Origin: Glaucostegus cemiculus
Taxonomy: Eukaryota
Assembly: GCA_976551045.1 (NCBI GenBank)
Contig: CDPCPM010000104.1
Location: 1,302,001 to 1,366,000 of the forward strand
Direction: 5' to 3'
Length of the DNA stretch: 64,000 nucleotides
Of this stretch, positions 27,120 through 39,775 are shown piece by piece. Every line of letters begins with the position of its first letter. Within the stretch, counting starts at the first letter, position 1. The notes under the pieces were generated by a model. The model ran no database searches. It was given only the letters and a program-made list of their open reading frames with translations, and was not told the DNA's origin. The position numbers and the translations under genes were made by a program.

Positions 27120-28080
27120 AATACTATACAGGCTAAAGCATCTCAACTGAGTAGAGTACTGGCCAGATTGTAGTATCTCCAATTGTAGACTACTGGGCAG
27201 ATTGGAGAGCCTCCATCCAGTACTGGATTTCCTAGATCAGAGTATTTTCATAGCATATAGAACTAGTCAGACTGAAGTGTCTCCACTGAATACAGCACTA
27301 CCCAGAATGGATTATCTCCAATGTGTCAGTACTATCCAGAATGGAGTATGTCCAATGATAAAGTTCTACCCAGAATGGATTATATCCAGTGTTTCAGTAC
27401 TACCCAAAATGGTATATGTCCAATGGTACACTACTAGCCAGAATGATCAGTACAACTCAGGATGGATTGTCTCCAGTGGTTCAGTACTACCCAGAATGGA
27501 GTATCTCCAATGGTGCAGTGCTATCAATGTTAGGATACAGTACCTGTAAGATTGATGTATCTTCCCTAAGTGTTGTAATGGTCAGATTGGAGAACATTCA
27601 ACAAGTATTGGAATTTCCAGTTTGGAATATGCTCATTGCCTACAGACTTGGCCATATTGAAGTATCTCCATGAAGTATGTATTAGCCAGACTAGAATATC
27701 TCTATTGGGTACAATATTGGCCAGAGTGACGTATCTTCACTGAGTGCTGCAACAGCCAGATTGGACGACTTCCAACTGGTGTTGGCCAGGTGGAATATCT
27801 CTGTTTTAGGCAGATTTGAGTATTTGCATTGAGTGCTGTATTAACAAACTGAAGCATCTCCAGTAAAAGTCAGATCAGACTATCTCCAATGGTGCAGTAT
27901 TAACCAGATTGAAGAATCTCCAGTGGTACCTACGAGCCACTATAAAAAGTACCAATCAGCTTGGAGTGTTTTCACTAAGAGTAGTATTGGCCAGGCTAGA
28001 GTTTGTTCATTGGGTACTGTAGATTCCACATTGGAGTATCTCCAATGGGACAGTAAGCTTAAATGGAAACACTCCAATGA
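27120..28080. repeat. Degenerate ~34-bp minisatellite, roughly 25-28 units
   Basis: Unit approximates ccagaatggagtatctccaatggttcagtactac. The clearest copies at 27302, 27336 and 27370 are spaced 34 bp apart. Confidence 0.85.
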
Positions 28081-29542
28081 TTCCAATGATCAAAAGAATG
28101 CAATGATGCAAACAGCTTATTAATTTGCATTTATCTCCTGAGGTTTACCAGTACTAAACTGACTGGCAACCTCTTTAAGATTTTATAAAAGTAAGTGAAA
28201 TGACTCATTTGGGTTGAGGCCAACTTGAAGATGGGCTCAGCAGATAATATGGTGGATTCCTCTTTCTGCTTCCACCCCTAATGTTATAATTATCACCATA
28301 CTATTATACTGCCCATCCAACCTCAATTCCATGAAGAAGCTATAATCTTTTGCATCTCAACACTGAGAAGACCAAAGCAAGACTCCCACCACAAAACTGT
28401 GACCTACTCCTAGTTCCATCCCCCTGCTTGGGTACTTTACAAGTTCACCCTAATTCATGACCTGCTTGACTCTCAGATGAATTTTGAGCCCCTTATTCAG
28501 TTGATTACCTTGACTGCCTTCTTTCATCTCCAAAACATCTGTCTCTGAAATACTTTCACTTTCATCACCTTGTTCTTTTTTACCCCCTCTTCCCCCATAA
28601 CTTGAGTCATTCAGATCACGACTGCCTGCATCACATTCATTTAGCTTTGCTGAGTTCCCTTGGCTCCCTGGTCCCCGATGTTCTGAATTCAAAAGCCATT
28701 CTCAAATTAGTTGGATGCTTTCAAGACATTGCCATTCTCCACCTTTCCAATTCCCTTGACTCCTACATCTCTGCCCAACTCTGGTTCTCTGCAAAATTTC
28801 CTTCTAGAGACCCCACCCGGTTTTAATAACTCTTATGCAAATAGTGATCAGTGAGGTCTGCTCCCCAGTTTATTGCCCAAGGTGAAAATCATGTATCCCA
28901 CCCTAGCCCACCAAGAATCACAACCAGTCTAATTCATAGGCACATCAGAGTAACGCACAATGAACCTATTCTATTTCAGTTCAAATAAAGAAAACATAGA
29001 ATTGATATGGTGCAGGAGTGCACTATTCAGCCCATCAAGTCAATAGATGCACAATCCTCTCAGCACCACCCTATCCCCATAGCCCAGTAAGGGTCAAGTT
29101 GAAGCATGCTGTATCTTGTAAATAGGCATGCAGCAAATGAAACTACTGATGTGCAAAGAAGCTGGTGGGATCAAGCTTGATCTGAGAGTAGTAGCATACT
29201 CCACAAACGGGGCACACAAGAAGTCAGGAGATTTTCCACAACAAAGTACTCAACTGCCAGTCCTAGAATCAATCAATCTAGCAGATAAGACTCAAATCCA
29301 CTGTTGAGCGACCCGATTTGGTACCCTGTAATTCCGAAGTAATTTTAGTGAGAATGCACTGAGATCTGGCTCTGAATAGCTGAGCATCGTTCTGAATCTC
29401 AATTGTATTATATTTTCCCTAGGCATGACAAAATATGGCTGCCATTTTCTTTATTTCATAATGGATATTTGCAGAAGAAAATGCATTGAAAATGTTAGTG
29501 TTGCTGCTCACATAATTCTCTATTTGCGGGAAATGTAATTAC

Positions 29543-29709
29543 CTGCAGGTATACCGCTCCTTGCCCTTTCGCAGCAGGCTTTCTGGAATGACAGAAGGGG
29601 GAGCCCTAAAATCAAACATTGAGGGGACAGACCGGAGGAGGTCATTGGCTTCTGGCTTCAGTGAACTGAAACCTTCCAGCTTCTCTGCCATGTTCTCAAT
29701 CGCTGACAT
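29543..29709 (-). CDS. MECOM: MECOM exon leading into ZF8
   Basis: catcag|ATG TCA GCG...TGC AG|gtaatt, 167 nt. [56 protein letters not shown]. Confidence 0.97.
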
Positions 29710-32564
29710 CTGATGTGCAGGGGAAGAAGTGGAGGGGGAGAGAGAAAAGAAATTACATTTTATCATGAGTTTCACCTAAATGGAAAACACAGGTATTTGT
29801 TCCAACATCTTGGTTACTGAAGTTGTGGTTTGCAAAACAAAATACTGACACCTTTTTGAAATATTTAAACAGAAAAAGTAAATAAGTTTAAGTAAACCTT
29901 AACAGCTTTGTCCATTTTTGCACTGTATGTGGGGAAGCAGTCTTCTTCAGTGGGGTTTAGCAATGTTTCTTTTGAAATTTACTCCTCTTTCTGTCTGGGA
30001 GTAGCTGATGTAGTTATTCTCCCCTCAATTAATTGTTTACATTTATAGTAAATACCTTCATTCCATAACCTGCTGACTGATCCAGTTGCCCACTCTCTTC
30101 TTTCATACTATAAGTCTCGGTGCTAGTTACAAATTGCATTGTACAAGGCACCTCTGCCAATTTGCAAAATGTCTTTCATCAAACATTTGAAAATCTCCAA
30201 GGAAAGTCTAGATGCATTTACTTGTCACACAGCAAATGTGAAAGCACTGGAAGGCACTGGGGTCTGCCTGCTCTCAAGCTTGATTCATAATCATTCATAG
30301 CTGCTAAAACATTCCCTGCACAATGCAACTGGACAGCACATTTGTCAATATGAAGGATACTGACATCACAGATCAAAGGGCAGACATAGGTAATAATGAT
30401 GCTGCTGTGTGTTACAAGGGAATTCTTCCCGCCACCAGCCAATGTTTTATCAATCTATAAAGGTACATATATAAATATATAGATATTCTTGTGCTGTGTA
30501 TTATTTTATATAAAATATTGCATTCTAGGTCTGTACAAAACATGTTTTAACAAAAGTACACTTTCATTAAAATAAAGATAACTAATTAGAGATTAAGTAA
30601 TAGGAAGAAACCTATAAGTTGTGACACCTACTTATAGGACAAAGGTGGAAAGGTCTTACACTTACTAGTTAAGGGAAAGGATAATGAATACACAGTAAGT
30701 TGTTTTATTAATAATTCATAATCAGAAGCAGTTTCAGGAAAATGGTTTTGAAATAAATCATTCCAAGAACAAGAACAGTTTTTTTCCTAAATAAGATATG
30801 TCGTTACTATGCCTACCCATTTTAACAGGGTAATATCCATCGACTGAGAAGGGGATTTAACTTTAATACAATTGCTCGGGTTCAGGAGAAGGTTGATGGG
30901 AGGCAGATATTTAGGCAGCAGGTATTACATCATGTGAGAAACTGGGATATATTCAATAACCCTTGTTGGAAATGTCTGTGAAGTCTCTCAATTTAACCAA
31001 TATGCTGCAGTTATTACTATTTTAAAACTGCTTTAAATTTGGTGCAGTATTTCTTCAATGGTTCATTCCATAAATTTAAAATCAACCACTTGCTATTATA
31101 GTCAAAACCAATCAAAGTAATAGAACAAATTATTTAGTAACTGCAACAAAGTCCAAATAAAATGTGAAAAGACTGTTACACTTCAAAAAGATAAAGTATT
31201 TTGGGCAAAATTGCTTTTAATATTTACCATCTGTGTGTGCGTGCAATTTTCACCGCAAGTTAATACGCCATACTTACTGTTTGGAAACACAGTGAAAATA
31301 GTTTTAAAGGCATTAATAAATATTAACCGCAAAATAAAGTGATAATTTTTTAACTTTCAAGTATTGTAGGAGGAAGGAATACTCTGGTTGCTCAGTATGG
31401 CAAGACTGTAAACACATTCTTTCTGTATTGTGTATAGAATAAACATAATAACACTGCCATTCAATCAAAAGTCCATGAGGAGAAGGAATGTTTTACGGTT
31501 TAACAGAGGGCAGACAAGAAAGAGTTCTGCAAAGGGGAATGGCCTGTTCTCAGTACCTGGGAGACACTAGACTGACTCCATTGATGTGCTTCCAAAATCA
31601 TTTATCTCATTACAGGAAAACCTTGGGATCATTTCACTGACCAGCATGAAATTGGAATCTAAAGCATTCTTACTAGCCTTGTCTCATCTGGATCGTTGCA
31701 GGTGAAGGATAAACTGGGACCCTTTCTATTTGTAATAGAAAGTGATTGGTTATATCAATCAATATGATGTGATCAGGCTTTGATTGCTTATCAAGTTCCA
31801 ATAAGAGTATGCATTAATGTTAGAAGAAAATATTACCTTTCTAAAGCATCAACTAAAAGCATATGGCACAAAAAAAAGCTTAAAAAACATATTCTTCTTC
31901 AGGGAGCAAACTCGTAGCAGTTACAACCCTATGCAGATGTAAGACATACCTAATATCAGTAAATGGCAGTATTACTTAGCAGCTAAATAATTTGTGATTT
32001 ACTTTCTCACAATCACTGATCTTATCTATAGCCAGATGTCTGAATAAGGAAATAATGCCACTCCCTCCTAATCCCACTGAGGCAATTAACCTTGTACTGA
32101 TGCAATCCAGCATTTTACTCTATTCCCAGCACAAATCAAGTATGCAGACGTCGCCATTATTGGACAAAAGCAAATATTTATAAACTTTTTTTGTGAAAGC
32201 AAAGATATGATCAACAATGGACTAAGCAATTATCACAGACTCTGCTATTCACTGGCTCTAATCTGTAGGTGACAGAAATAAATACAAGTGGGTTTTGAGA
32301 GGCCCTGATATCGGTTCAGTTACCAGATGGAGTGATTTATAACTCAGTCTACTGTGTGAATTACTTAAATACTGCTTGTGATTATGGCAATGCAATCTGA
32401 TCCCGAAGTAAAATAGCAAACATTTACATTTTTATTTAGAGGAGGAGAAGGAAGATAAGGGAGTGTGGGAGATTTTAAATCATCCTGAGCTATGCACCAA
32501 TTAATAAACCTTTCATTTTGATCCTTATGAATTATGGTTTGGAATTATAAGCAGAGGAACTTAC

Positions 32565-32591
32565 CCAAATTCTCTGATCTGGCAAGCGGAA
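32565..32591 (-). CDS. MECOM: MECOM 27-nt microexon (Rp9-like, FRLPDQRIW)
   Basis: ccctag|TTC CGC TTG CCA GAT CAG AGA ATT TGG|gtaagt. Symmetric phase 0. 7 of 9 residues match mammalian FQLPDQRTW and it sits in the expected position between FHPQ and MSAIEN. Confidence 0.92.
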
Positions 32592-33126
32592 CTAGGGAGT
32601 AGGACCAAAATACAAGAATAAATTACAATCCACAAACTGTGACTCTTTCAGCTGCCATAATTGTTTACAAATGACAAATGATATTGTTTGCATTGTCCTG
32701 TGATGAGATTTTCTTTTCCCAAAAGCTTAAATATCAGTTATTAGAGTGGTCTCAAATCATTTCTTCACAATGCGCTTTGGATGTTAGATTGATGATACTA
32801 GGTTTGTACCCTTTCTCCCAGCATAAACCTAGGTGCAGCATCAAATAAGTAATGTCCAGGATAGCTAGATTCTGAAACATCATCATTTCTATTTATTTAC
32901 TGGGATCTGAGCCCCTCATTCTAATGGATTAGCAGGGATTATTTTGGTTCCAGATATCAGTAAGGAATCTGTATTATTCATTTTAACTTTATCATCTAAT
33001 ACAATCCTATACTGTTGGTGATTGAAATATCAACTAACCTTATCAGAAATTTGAAGTCACTGTTTATAATAGTGAATTTACTAATTACTGAGTAGGTTGA
33101 GGTAATGTTCCAAATAGAAAAAATGA

Positions 33127-33455
33127 ACACAGTGGCACAGCTACCAGAGCTACTGTCTCACAGTTCCAGTGACCCAGGTCTGATCCAGACCTCTGGTGTT
33201 GTTGGTGTGGATTTGGTACTATCTCCCTGTGACCAAGTGGGTTTTTTCCAGGTGGTCATGTTTCCTCCCAGATCCCAAAGACATGCAGGTTGGTAGGTTA
33301 ACTGGCCTTTGTACATTGCCCCTAGTATGAAGGCAGTCTGGGTGGAGTTGATGAGAATGTTGAGAGAATAAAATGGGATTAGTGTAATATTAATGTAAAT
33401 GGTTGCATGATGGTTAGTGTGGACTGAGTGAGCATGTTTTCTTACTGTATGACTT
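33127..33455 (+). mobile_element. V-domain SINE (HE1-like)
   Basis: cagtggcacagctaccagagctactgtctcacagttccagtgacccagg head, V core and ggttggtaggttaactggcc. Homologous to the copies at 55.1 and 56.7 kb. Confidence 0.8.
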
Positions 33456-36400
33456 AAGTAGTCTCTGATTCTATGAACATAGAATATTTTCCAAACACTG
33501 ATCAGTGAATTAACCAGTGAATTGACCAGGGAATGATGGAAATGTTCCATAGATGTCAAGCAGCATCTATGGAAAGAGAAATGGTTCAAGTTTCAGGTCT
33601 GAGGCCCTTCAGCTGACAAAGGGTGTCAGACCTGACACATTAACTGACCTGTTCAGTATTTCCAGCATTTTCTTTTTTTATTTCATATTTCCAGTATCTG
33701 CATTTTTTTTTATTTTCATTGACCCTGTCGATCCCCTCCCAATGACCAAACTTCAGAATGGTCAATCAGTACTCAAATTACCAAAAATAGATCCCTTTTT
33801 TATGGTATCCAATATCAATCAAGCTGTATAATTGAAAAACAGTGATTGTACTAAACATGAACAGTTTGATATTAAAATCAAATCACAAATGAAATTTAAC
33901 CTTGAAAATTCTGACATGAGAAGTATTAACTTTCTAAAGACAAGTTAACTTTCTAAAGACAATTAAAGCAACAATCATAAATCCATGTTTCCCTGTTTTA
34001 CATTTATTTTCTTTTTCAATGAACTGCTCAGCTAAATGGAGTCAAATTAAATTTGATAATTGTGAGATGGACTCAAGATTTCAAATAATTAAAAGTTATC
34101 AATTAGATATGCATTGTTTAGAATAAATCTTTTTTGTCTTGAGTAATAAAGCATCAAAATTTACTTTCTTGAAGTTATTCTAAAATGTATTCAAACTAGT
34201 TACATCCCATATAAGTGACCTGGAATCAGAGTTTTTAAATATGGAGTGTTTTTTTTAAATGGCACCCTGCAACAGTGATATTAATTTGTTCTCTCATAAA
34301 TGTAGCAAAAATTGGTGATAAAAACAATCTGGGTTTTATAACCAACCAAGAAGGCATTTGGATTAGTCGAGCAAATATCATCCTGAAAATGGTATAGGAC
34401 CTCATCAAAAATGCTGCAGAAATATCAATTGATCTTCTCTTTCTTTCATTGTGTTTAAAGAAGCGGAGAGATAGCTAACAATTCTTCAAAGATGAGACCC
34501 CACTCATAAAGATGAGGTGACACACATCCAGCCTAATTTCACTGGTGCTGGTTCAGCAACCTGTCACAGAGGAGCGAGCTATGTGGTTTCCACCAGCCAA
34601 GAATATTGCTTGCAAGTGACCTGGAATCACTGTTAAAGCATAATTAATGCCTGATAAAGCATGTGATTGACATTGACCAATGGAATTTCAAGGAAGTGAA
34701 TCTAACAATTGTTATTTTCAAATGATTCCTACCAGCTGATAAGAACCCAGTAGATCTTTGATCATTATAGATTAATGTTTGTACCAAATGTAACTGTGCG
34801 TTAGGCTAATTCTCAGCAATTAGTTCCAGTGATTTTAAAATAGTATTTGAAGTAATTTAATGACAATGTATGCAGCAGAACTGACTGGCTATCTGGACAT
34901 TTAACTAAGGTGGAAATTATCAGCCTGTATCAAACAATGACATAGCATTTGTCCATTTGGTTTATGGCAGCTTAAACCCTGCATCATTATAAAAAGTACT
35001 CCATTGCTCTTACATTCACATTCTAATTATGGTTATCAATTTGATTTATAATCATTATATCCATGTTAAATATTACAATCTTTTCCAATGACCTTCAATC
35101 TTAAACACATGATCAGTGAAACATGTTAGTAAAAGAATGAAAGAACTGTCACACCAGATGTTTTAGGAACCTAAGTCACAATATTACTTTGGATCTAAAT
35201 TATTATACATAAATCAGAAATAATTTCAATACCCATTCTTCCAATTCACAGAAGTGTCTAAAGAATTGCAAAGCTGCAATCTGGCAGTTATTTTGCAATC
35301 AATAGAATGCACCACTTCATTTATTACCACCCCATTTATGTATAGCTGTGAAAGGGCATTAACATGAAATTCATGCAGTTCAAAATTCCACCACAGCTCT
35401 AGCAATTCTTTTACAGCTGGTGATCAATCTGATTAGACAAAAGTGCTGTGGTGATATTGTGAACATTTCGAATGTAGGGGTTGCAGTAGCGTTAACTATT
35501 TCACTCTCAGGAACCTGGATACTCCTGCCTGGGCTGGGCTGGAAGGTTGACGAGTATGAGTGGAGTCGAGGGAAGGGGTTATTGAGTGGACAGTACATAT
35601 ATCGAATTGCCCTGTGGGATACGTAAATGTGACCAAGCCTACTTTGCTGTAAAATTGGGTAATTTAATGGGATTGAACAGTTAGTCAATTGTTTAGTGCA
35701 CAATACAAAAGATGTGACTGATCTTGGCATTACTCAGCTGGAATAGGACCTCCCAACAAAAGGGGATCAGTGAATGCAAAAGGATTAGTCTTTATCTAGA
35801 ACACACAATTTTAGGCATACTCACAATGATATCAAACCCAGAAAAGGTGTCTGCTTCAAATCAACAGGGCCCCATATTCCACTTTACATTAAAATCCCTG
35901 TGTGGGAACTCTTGTTATATGTCACAGGTTTAGAAGAAGGGCAGTTGTTTCTGGTTGTAACTTGCGCTCATTCCAAGATGACTGCATTGGCAGCAGAGAA
36001 TGAAGGGGATACAAACACTCCCAGCTCTTATCCAATGCTTTAGAGGGGGAAAGTAGGATGAAATCTTGCAGGGTATAGCTTAACTTTAATACTGAAAGTT
36101 CATTACTGCCTATAAATTAAAGCAGGTTAAGGGTTTATCTAATTTCATTTTAGCCAGTGTTGTACTTGAAATAAATTGGAGATATATGTATATGGATACG
36201 TAAGGATATGTATAAAAGGCTATCATTGGTTTACATCATAAAAGAATCCTAGTAATAAAGTTCTGAATCAGATAACTGGATATTGTGCAGTATGGATATG
36301 TGCTCAAACATACTTCGCTCAAACCACTCATGAAAGTGACCAGTATTGGATGCAAACAAGAGGCCACCTGAATCCTGCAACGGTATGAAAAGGAAAATGA

Positions 36401-37984
36401 GGGGGTAAATCAAATGAATGGTTTCAAATTTCTGGAGGATAGTGAGATGGATAGAAATGTAGTTAGATTGGGTGATTTCATTAGGAGGACTGGAACAAAC
36501 ATGGTCTCAATTGCCCTGGTTGTGTGCTATAATCTCTTTAATTCCAAGCAGGGAAAGTGTTTCTTAATTGTCAGTGGTCTGAGTAGCTGAAGCAGTCATT
36601 CCAAACTGTAATAGGCCAGTAAAGTGGTTTCCTCAATCACTGGCTTGCACTGACCTTCCCCACAGGTTGAGGAAGGCACTACTACCAGTTAAATAGCTGT
36701 GAACAGTGATTTCAAAACAACTGGATATGCACAGGCTTATGCATTACAGATGTCTTAAAGTGGAACCAGTTGTCATGGAACTTGTCCTGGAACATAAACA
36801 CAACAGGTTCTACTGCACTAGGGCTGGAAGCAGCATGCAGGAAGCAGTTCAGCAGTATTGCAGTGCAACTGCATGACTTGAAATTATATGGTTTATTAAA
36901 CATCACTCGTTCAAATATTTCCTAAACGACTGAATGCAAAGACCTTTACTTCATATCTGATCTCAACACCAGGGATTTAATCCTTTCCTATCATTTGTTT
37001 CTCTTTCTATTTAGTGACTGTGAATAACTAGTTCTCATCTGTTTCTTATTCCTATAGTCAGAACATTCTGTGCTCTGATGTGAACGAATGCATTTGCCAT
37101 GGTATATTTTGTTTCTAGTTAAGGTCTTTGAGTAAGTGATATCACAGCAGGCTACCCTTATGAAATGGTTCATATCTGAGGGACTAAACTAGAATCTATA
37201 TAGTCTTGTAGTCTTATACATGAGATAGGGGAGTCATGAATCTGTGTTATGACATTTCTTACCCTCAAAACACTTCTAAAACTAGACATTTAAAACTTTC
37301 GTTTACTGCCATCACCATATCTTCTCCTACTGTTGGAAGGAGAAAGCATGAAAATGCCTTCTCTGGATTGCCTGCAGACACTCATTATATTGTTAGCTAA
37401 CAAGTCTGATGGCTGGTCCAGCTAAATCCTCTGGTGAAAACAGACCAAATAGTGCCCAAAGGGAACTAGATTTGGCAGTAACAGACTTGAACACAGGCTA
37501 ATGGGACAAAAGGTCAATATTTTACTTTTGTTCCAGACATTTTTCTGATAATAGGTCTTGAGATGTGGGCATTAGTGATGAAGCTGGCATGTACTTTCTA
37601 TTCTTCATTGCCCTGAAAAGGTGCTAGTAGAGGTGTGCCATCTTCTTGATCAGCAGTAGTTTGTGTGGTGTTCCCAAATATCTTGGGATGTTTCACTACA
37701 TCAAAAGCACAATATAAATGTAAATTTCTCTTCTTCCTTGATAATACAATAAAAGACCATTACACGGTTTGAAAGAAATATTAATAGAGGAAATTGTAGA
37801 TAGAGGACATACTCATGTCTGCAGTACCTCTCTACACAGTACTCTAAGTGGAGATCTACCATGCAGATCCACCATGTTCTTAAAGAATTGAGCTCCAACA
37901 GTTCAGGAGTGAACAAGAATTGTTCAATCATGTTGTAGATATGGCTCAAGTAACATTCAGACTGATATTTAGGTAAGGGGGTTT

Positions 37985-38938
37985 GGACAGCAGAGTGACA
38001 CAGCTAACAGAGCTGCTGCCTCACAACTCTAGTGCTCCAGGTTCTATCCTGAACTCTGGATCTGTCTGTTGGGAGTTTACATGTTCTCCTTGTGACCATG
38101 TGGGTTTTCTCCGAATGCTTCAGTTTTCTCCCACTTCCCAATCATGTGCAGGTTGGTAGGTTCTCACCAGCACCTCTACTTCCTTAGGAGGCTACAGAAA
38201 TTCGGTTTGTCCCTTTGACTCTCACCAACTTTTATCGATGCACCATAGAAAGCATCCTATTTGGATGTATCATGGGTTGGTACGGCAACTGCTCTGCCCA
38301 GGACCGCAAGGAACTGCAAAGAGTTGTGGACATGGCCTAGAGCATCACAGACACCAGCCTCCCCTCCTTGAACACTCTCTTTACCTCTCGCTGTCTTGGT
38401 GAAGCAGCCAGCATAATCAAAGACCCCACACACCCAGCTCATTCTCTCCTCTTCCATCGGGTAGAAGATACAGGAGCCTGACGGCATGTACCACCAGACT
38501 TAAGGACAGCTTCTACTCCACTGTGATAAGACTATTGAACGGTTCCCTTATACAATGAGATGGACTATGACCTCATGGTCTACCTTGTTGTGAAACTTGC
38601 ACCTTATTGCACTGGACTTTCTTTGTAGTTGTGACACTTTACTCTTTACTTTTATTATTTTTACTTGTACTACCTCAATGTACTCTGTACTAACTCAATG
38701 TAACTGCACTGTGTAACGAATTGATCTGTACAATCGGTATGCAAGACAAGTTTTTTCACTGGACTTCAATACAATTGATAATAATAAACCAATACCAATA
38801 CTAATACCCTAATGCATCAGTGAGTGGTAGAATCTGAGTGGAGTTAGGAAGTGTGGAGAGAATAAGGTGGGATAGATGTAAGTAGGTGCTTGATGATCGG
38901 AGTGGACTTGGTGAGCCTGTTTCCATACCCTATGACTT
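37985..38938 (+). mobile_element. V-domain SINE split by a Rex1-like insertion
   Basis: The 5' half (37985-38162) ends ggttggtaggtt. The 3' half resumes near 38808 with cctaatgcatcagtgagtggtagaatctg and ends ctatgact. Confidence 0.8.
38163..38808 (+). mobile_element. 5'-truncated Rex1/Babar-like LINE (RT C-terminus, 3'UTR, (CCAATA)n tail)
   Basis: From 38221 it translates LTNFYRCTIESILFGCIMGWYGNCSAQDRKELQRVVD, and later TTRLKDSFYSTVIRLLN. Tail aataaaccaataccaatactaatacc. Confidence 0.85.
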
Positions 38939-39534
38939 ATATTAAACCTCTGTGGAACAGGGCCTTTCTAGCTATGTATGGCTGAAGCCAGTCAGTTCTG
39001 TTGAACTGGCAAACAGCCTGTTATTGAAGAACTCGAGGAAGAAAATGTACCACAGCATGAGAGGAAGAGAAGTTGTAAATTCCACTGGAAATGGAAAGCT
39101 TGAAATTCTGGCCCCTTTTGAGTAGTAGGTTGATCAAAAATATATCATTTTGGAATGTTGCCCTAGTTTGCCAGACACCAGTTCCCTGATCTTGAGGAAA
39201 TCATGACCCAATTGAGATATAAAATCAGTTGAAACAATTAGTTGTCGTTGTAGTTAAGACAACTTTTGATTACCAGTCCAGTGACAAATTCAGGCCAGTT
39301 CATTTCAATATACTGTGGCAAGTATTTACAGCTTGGCTCCAAGGAAAATGAAATTTGTACTATTCTATCAGAGGGGTATAGGTGCATAGCTATATACCAG
39401 CTATGTAACATCAATCCACCAAACTATCACGAAACCCCACGTAGGTTAGAAGTGTCCTTCAAGGAAGGAAATCTGCTGTCCTTACGTGGCCTGACTTACA
39501 TGTGACTCCAGATTCGGACTCTCTTAACTGCCAT

Positions 39535-39775
39535 GGTGTCATAGAGTCAGACAGCATGGAAACAGGCCCTTTGTCTCAACTGCTCCATGCTGACCAAGAT
39601 GCACATCCAAGCTAGTCGCATTTGCCTGCATTTGTCCCATATCCTTCTAAACCTTTCCTGTCCATGTACCTGTCCAACTGCCTTTTAGAAGTTGTTACTG
39701 TACCTGCCTCAACCACTTCGTCCGGCAGGTCATTCCACATACCCATCTCCCTCCGTGTAACAAGGTTACCCTTTG
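39535..39775 (-). mobile_element. CR1-type LINE 3' end
   Basis: gtcatagagtcagacagcatggaaacaggccct...ggcaggtcattccacatacccatc, a reverse-oriented LINE tail. Similar relics at 15240-15430, 17210-17540 and 21380-21800. Confidence 0.65.

Noticed and set aside
27120-28080. CRISPR-like periodic array with palindromic units
   Set aside because: Units are contiguous and all homologous, with no unique spacers and no cas genes, inside a vertebrate intron. It is a minisatellite, and the ORFs over it are by-products.
30875-30910. Possible MECOM exon encoding QPSPEP
   Set aside because: There is no further similarity, and the true exon was found at 41014-40927.
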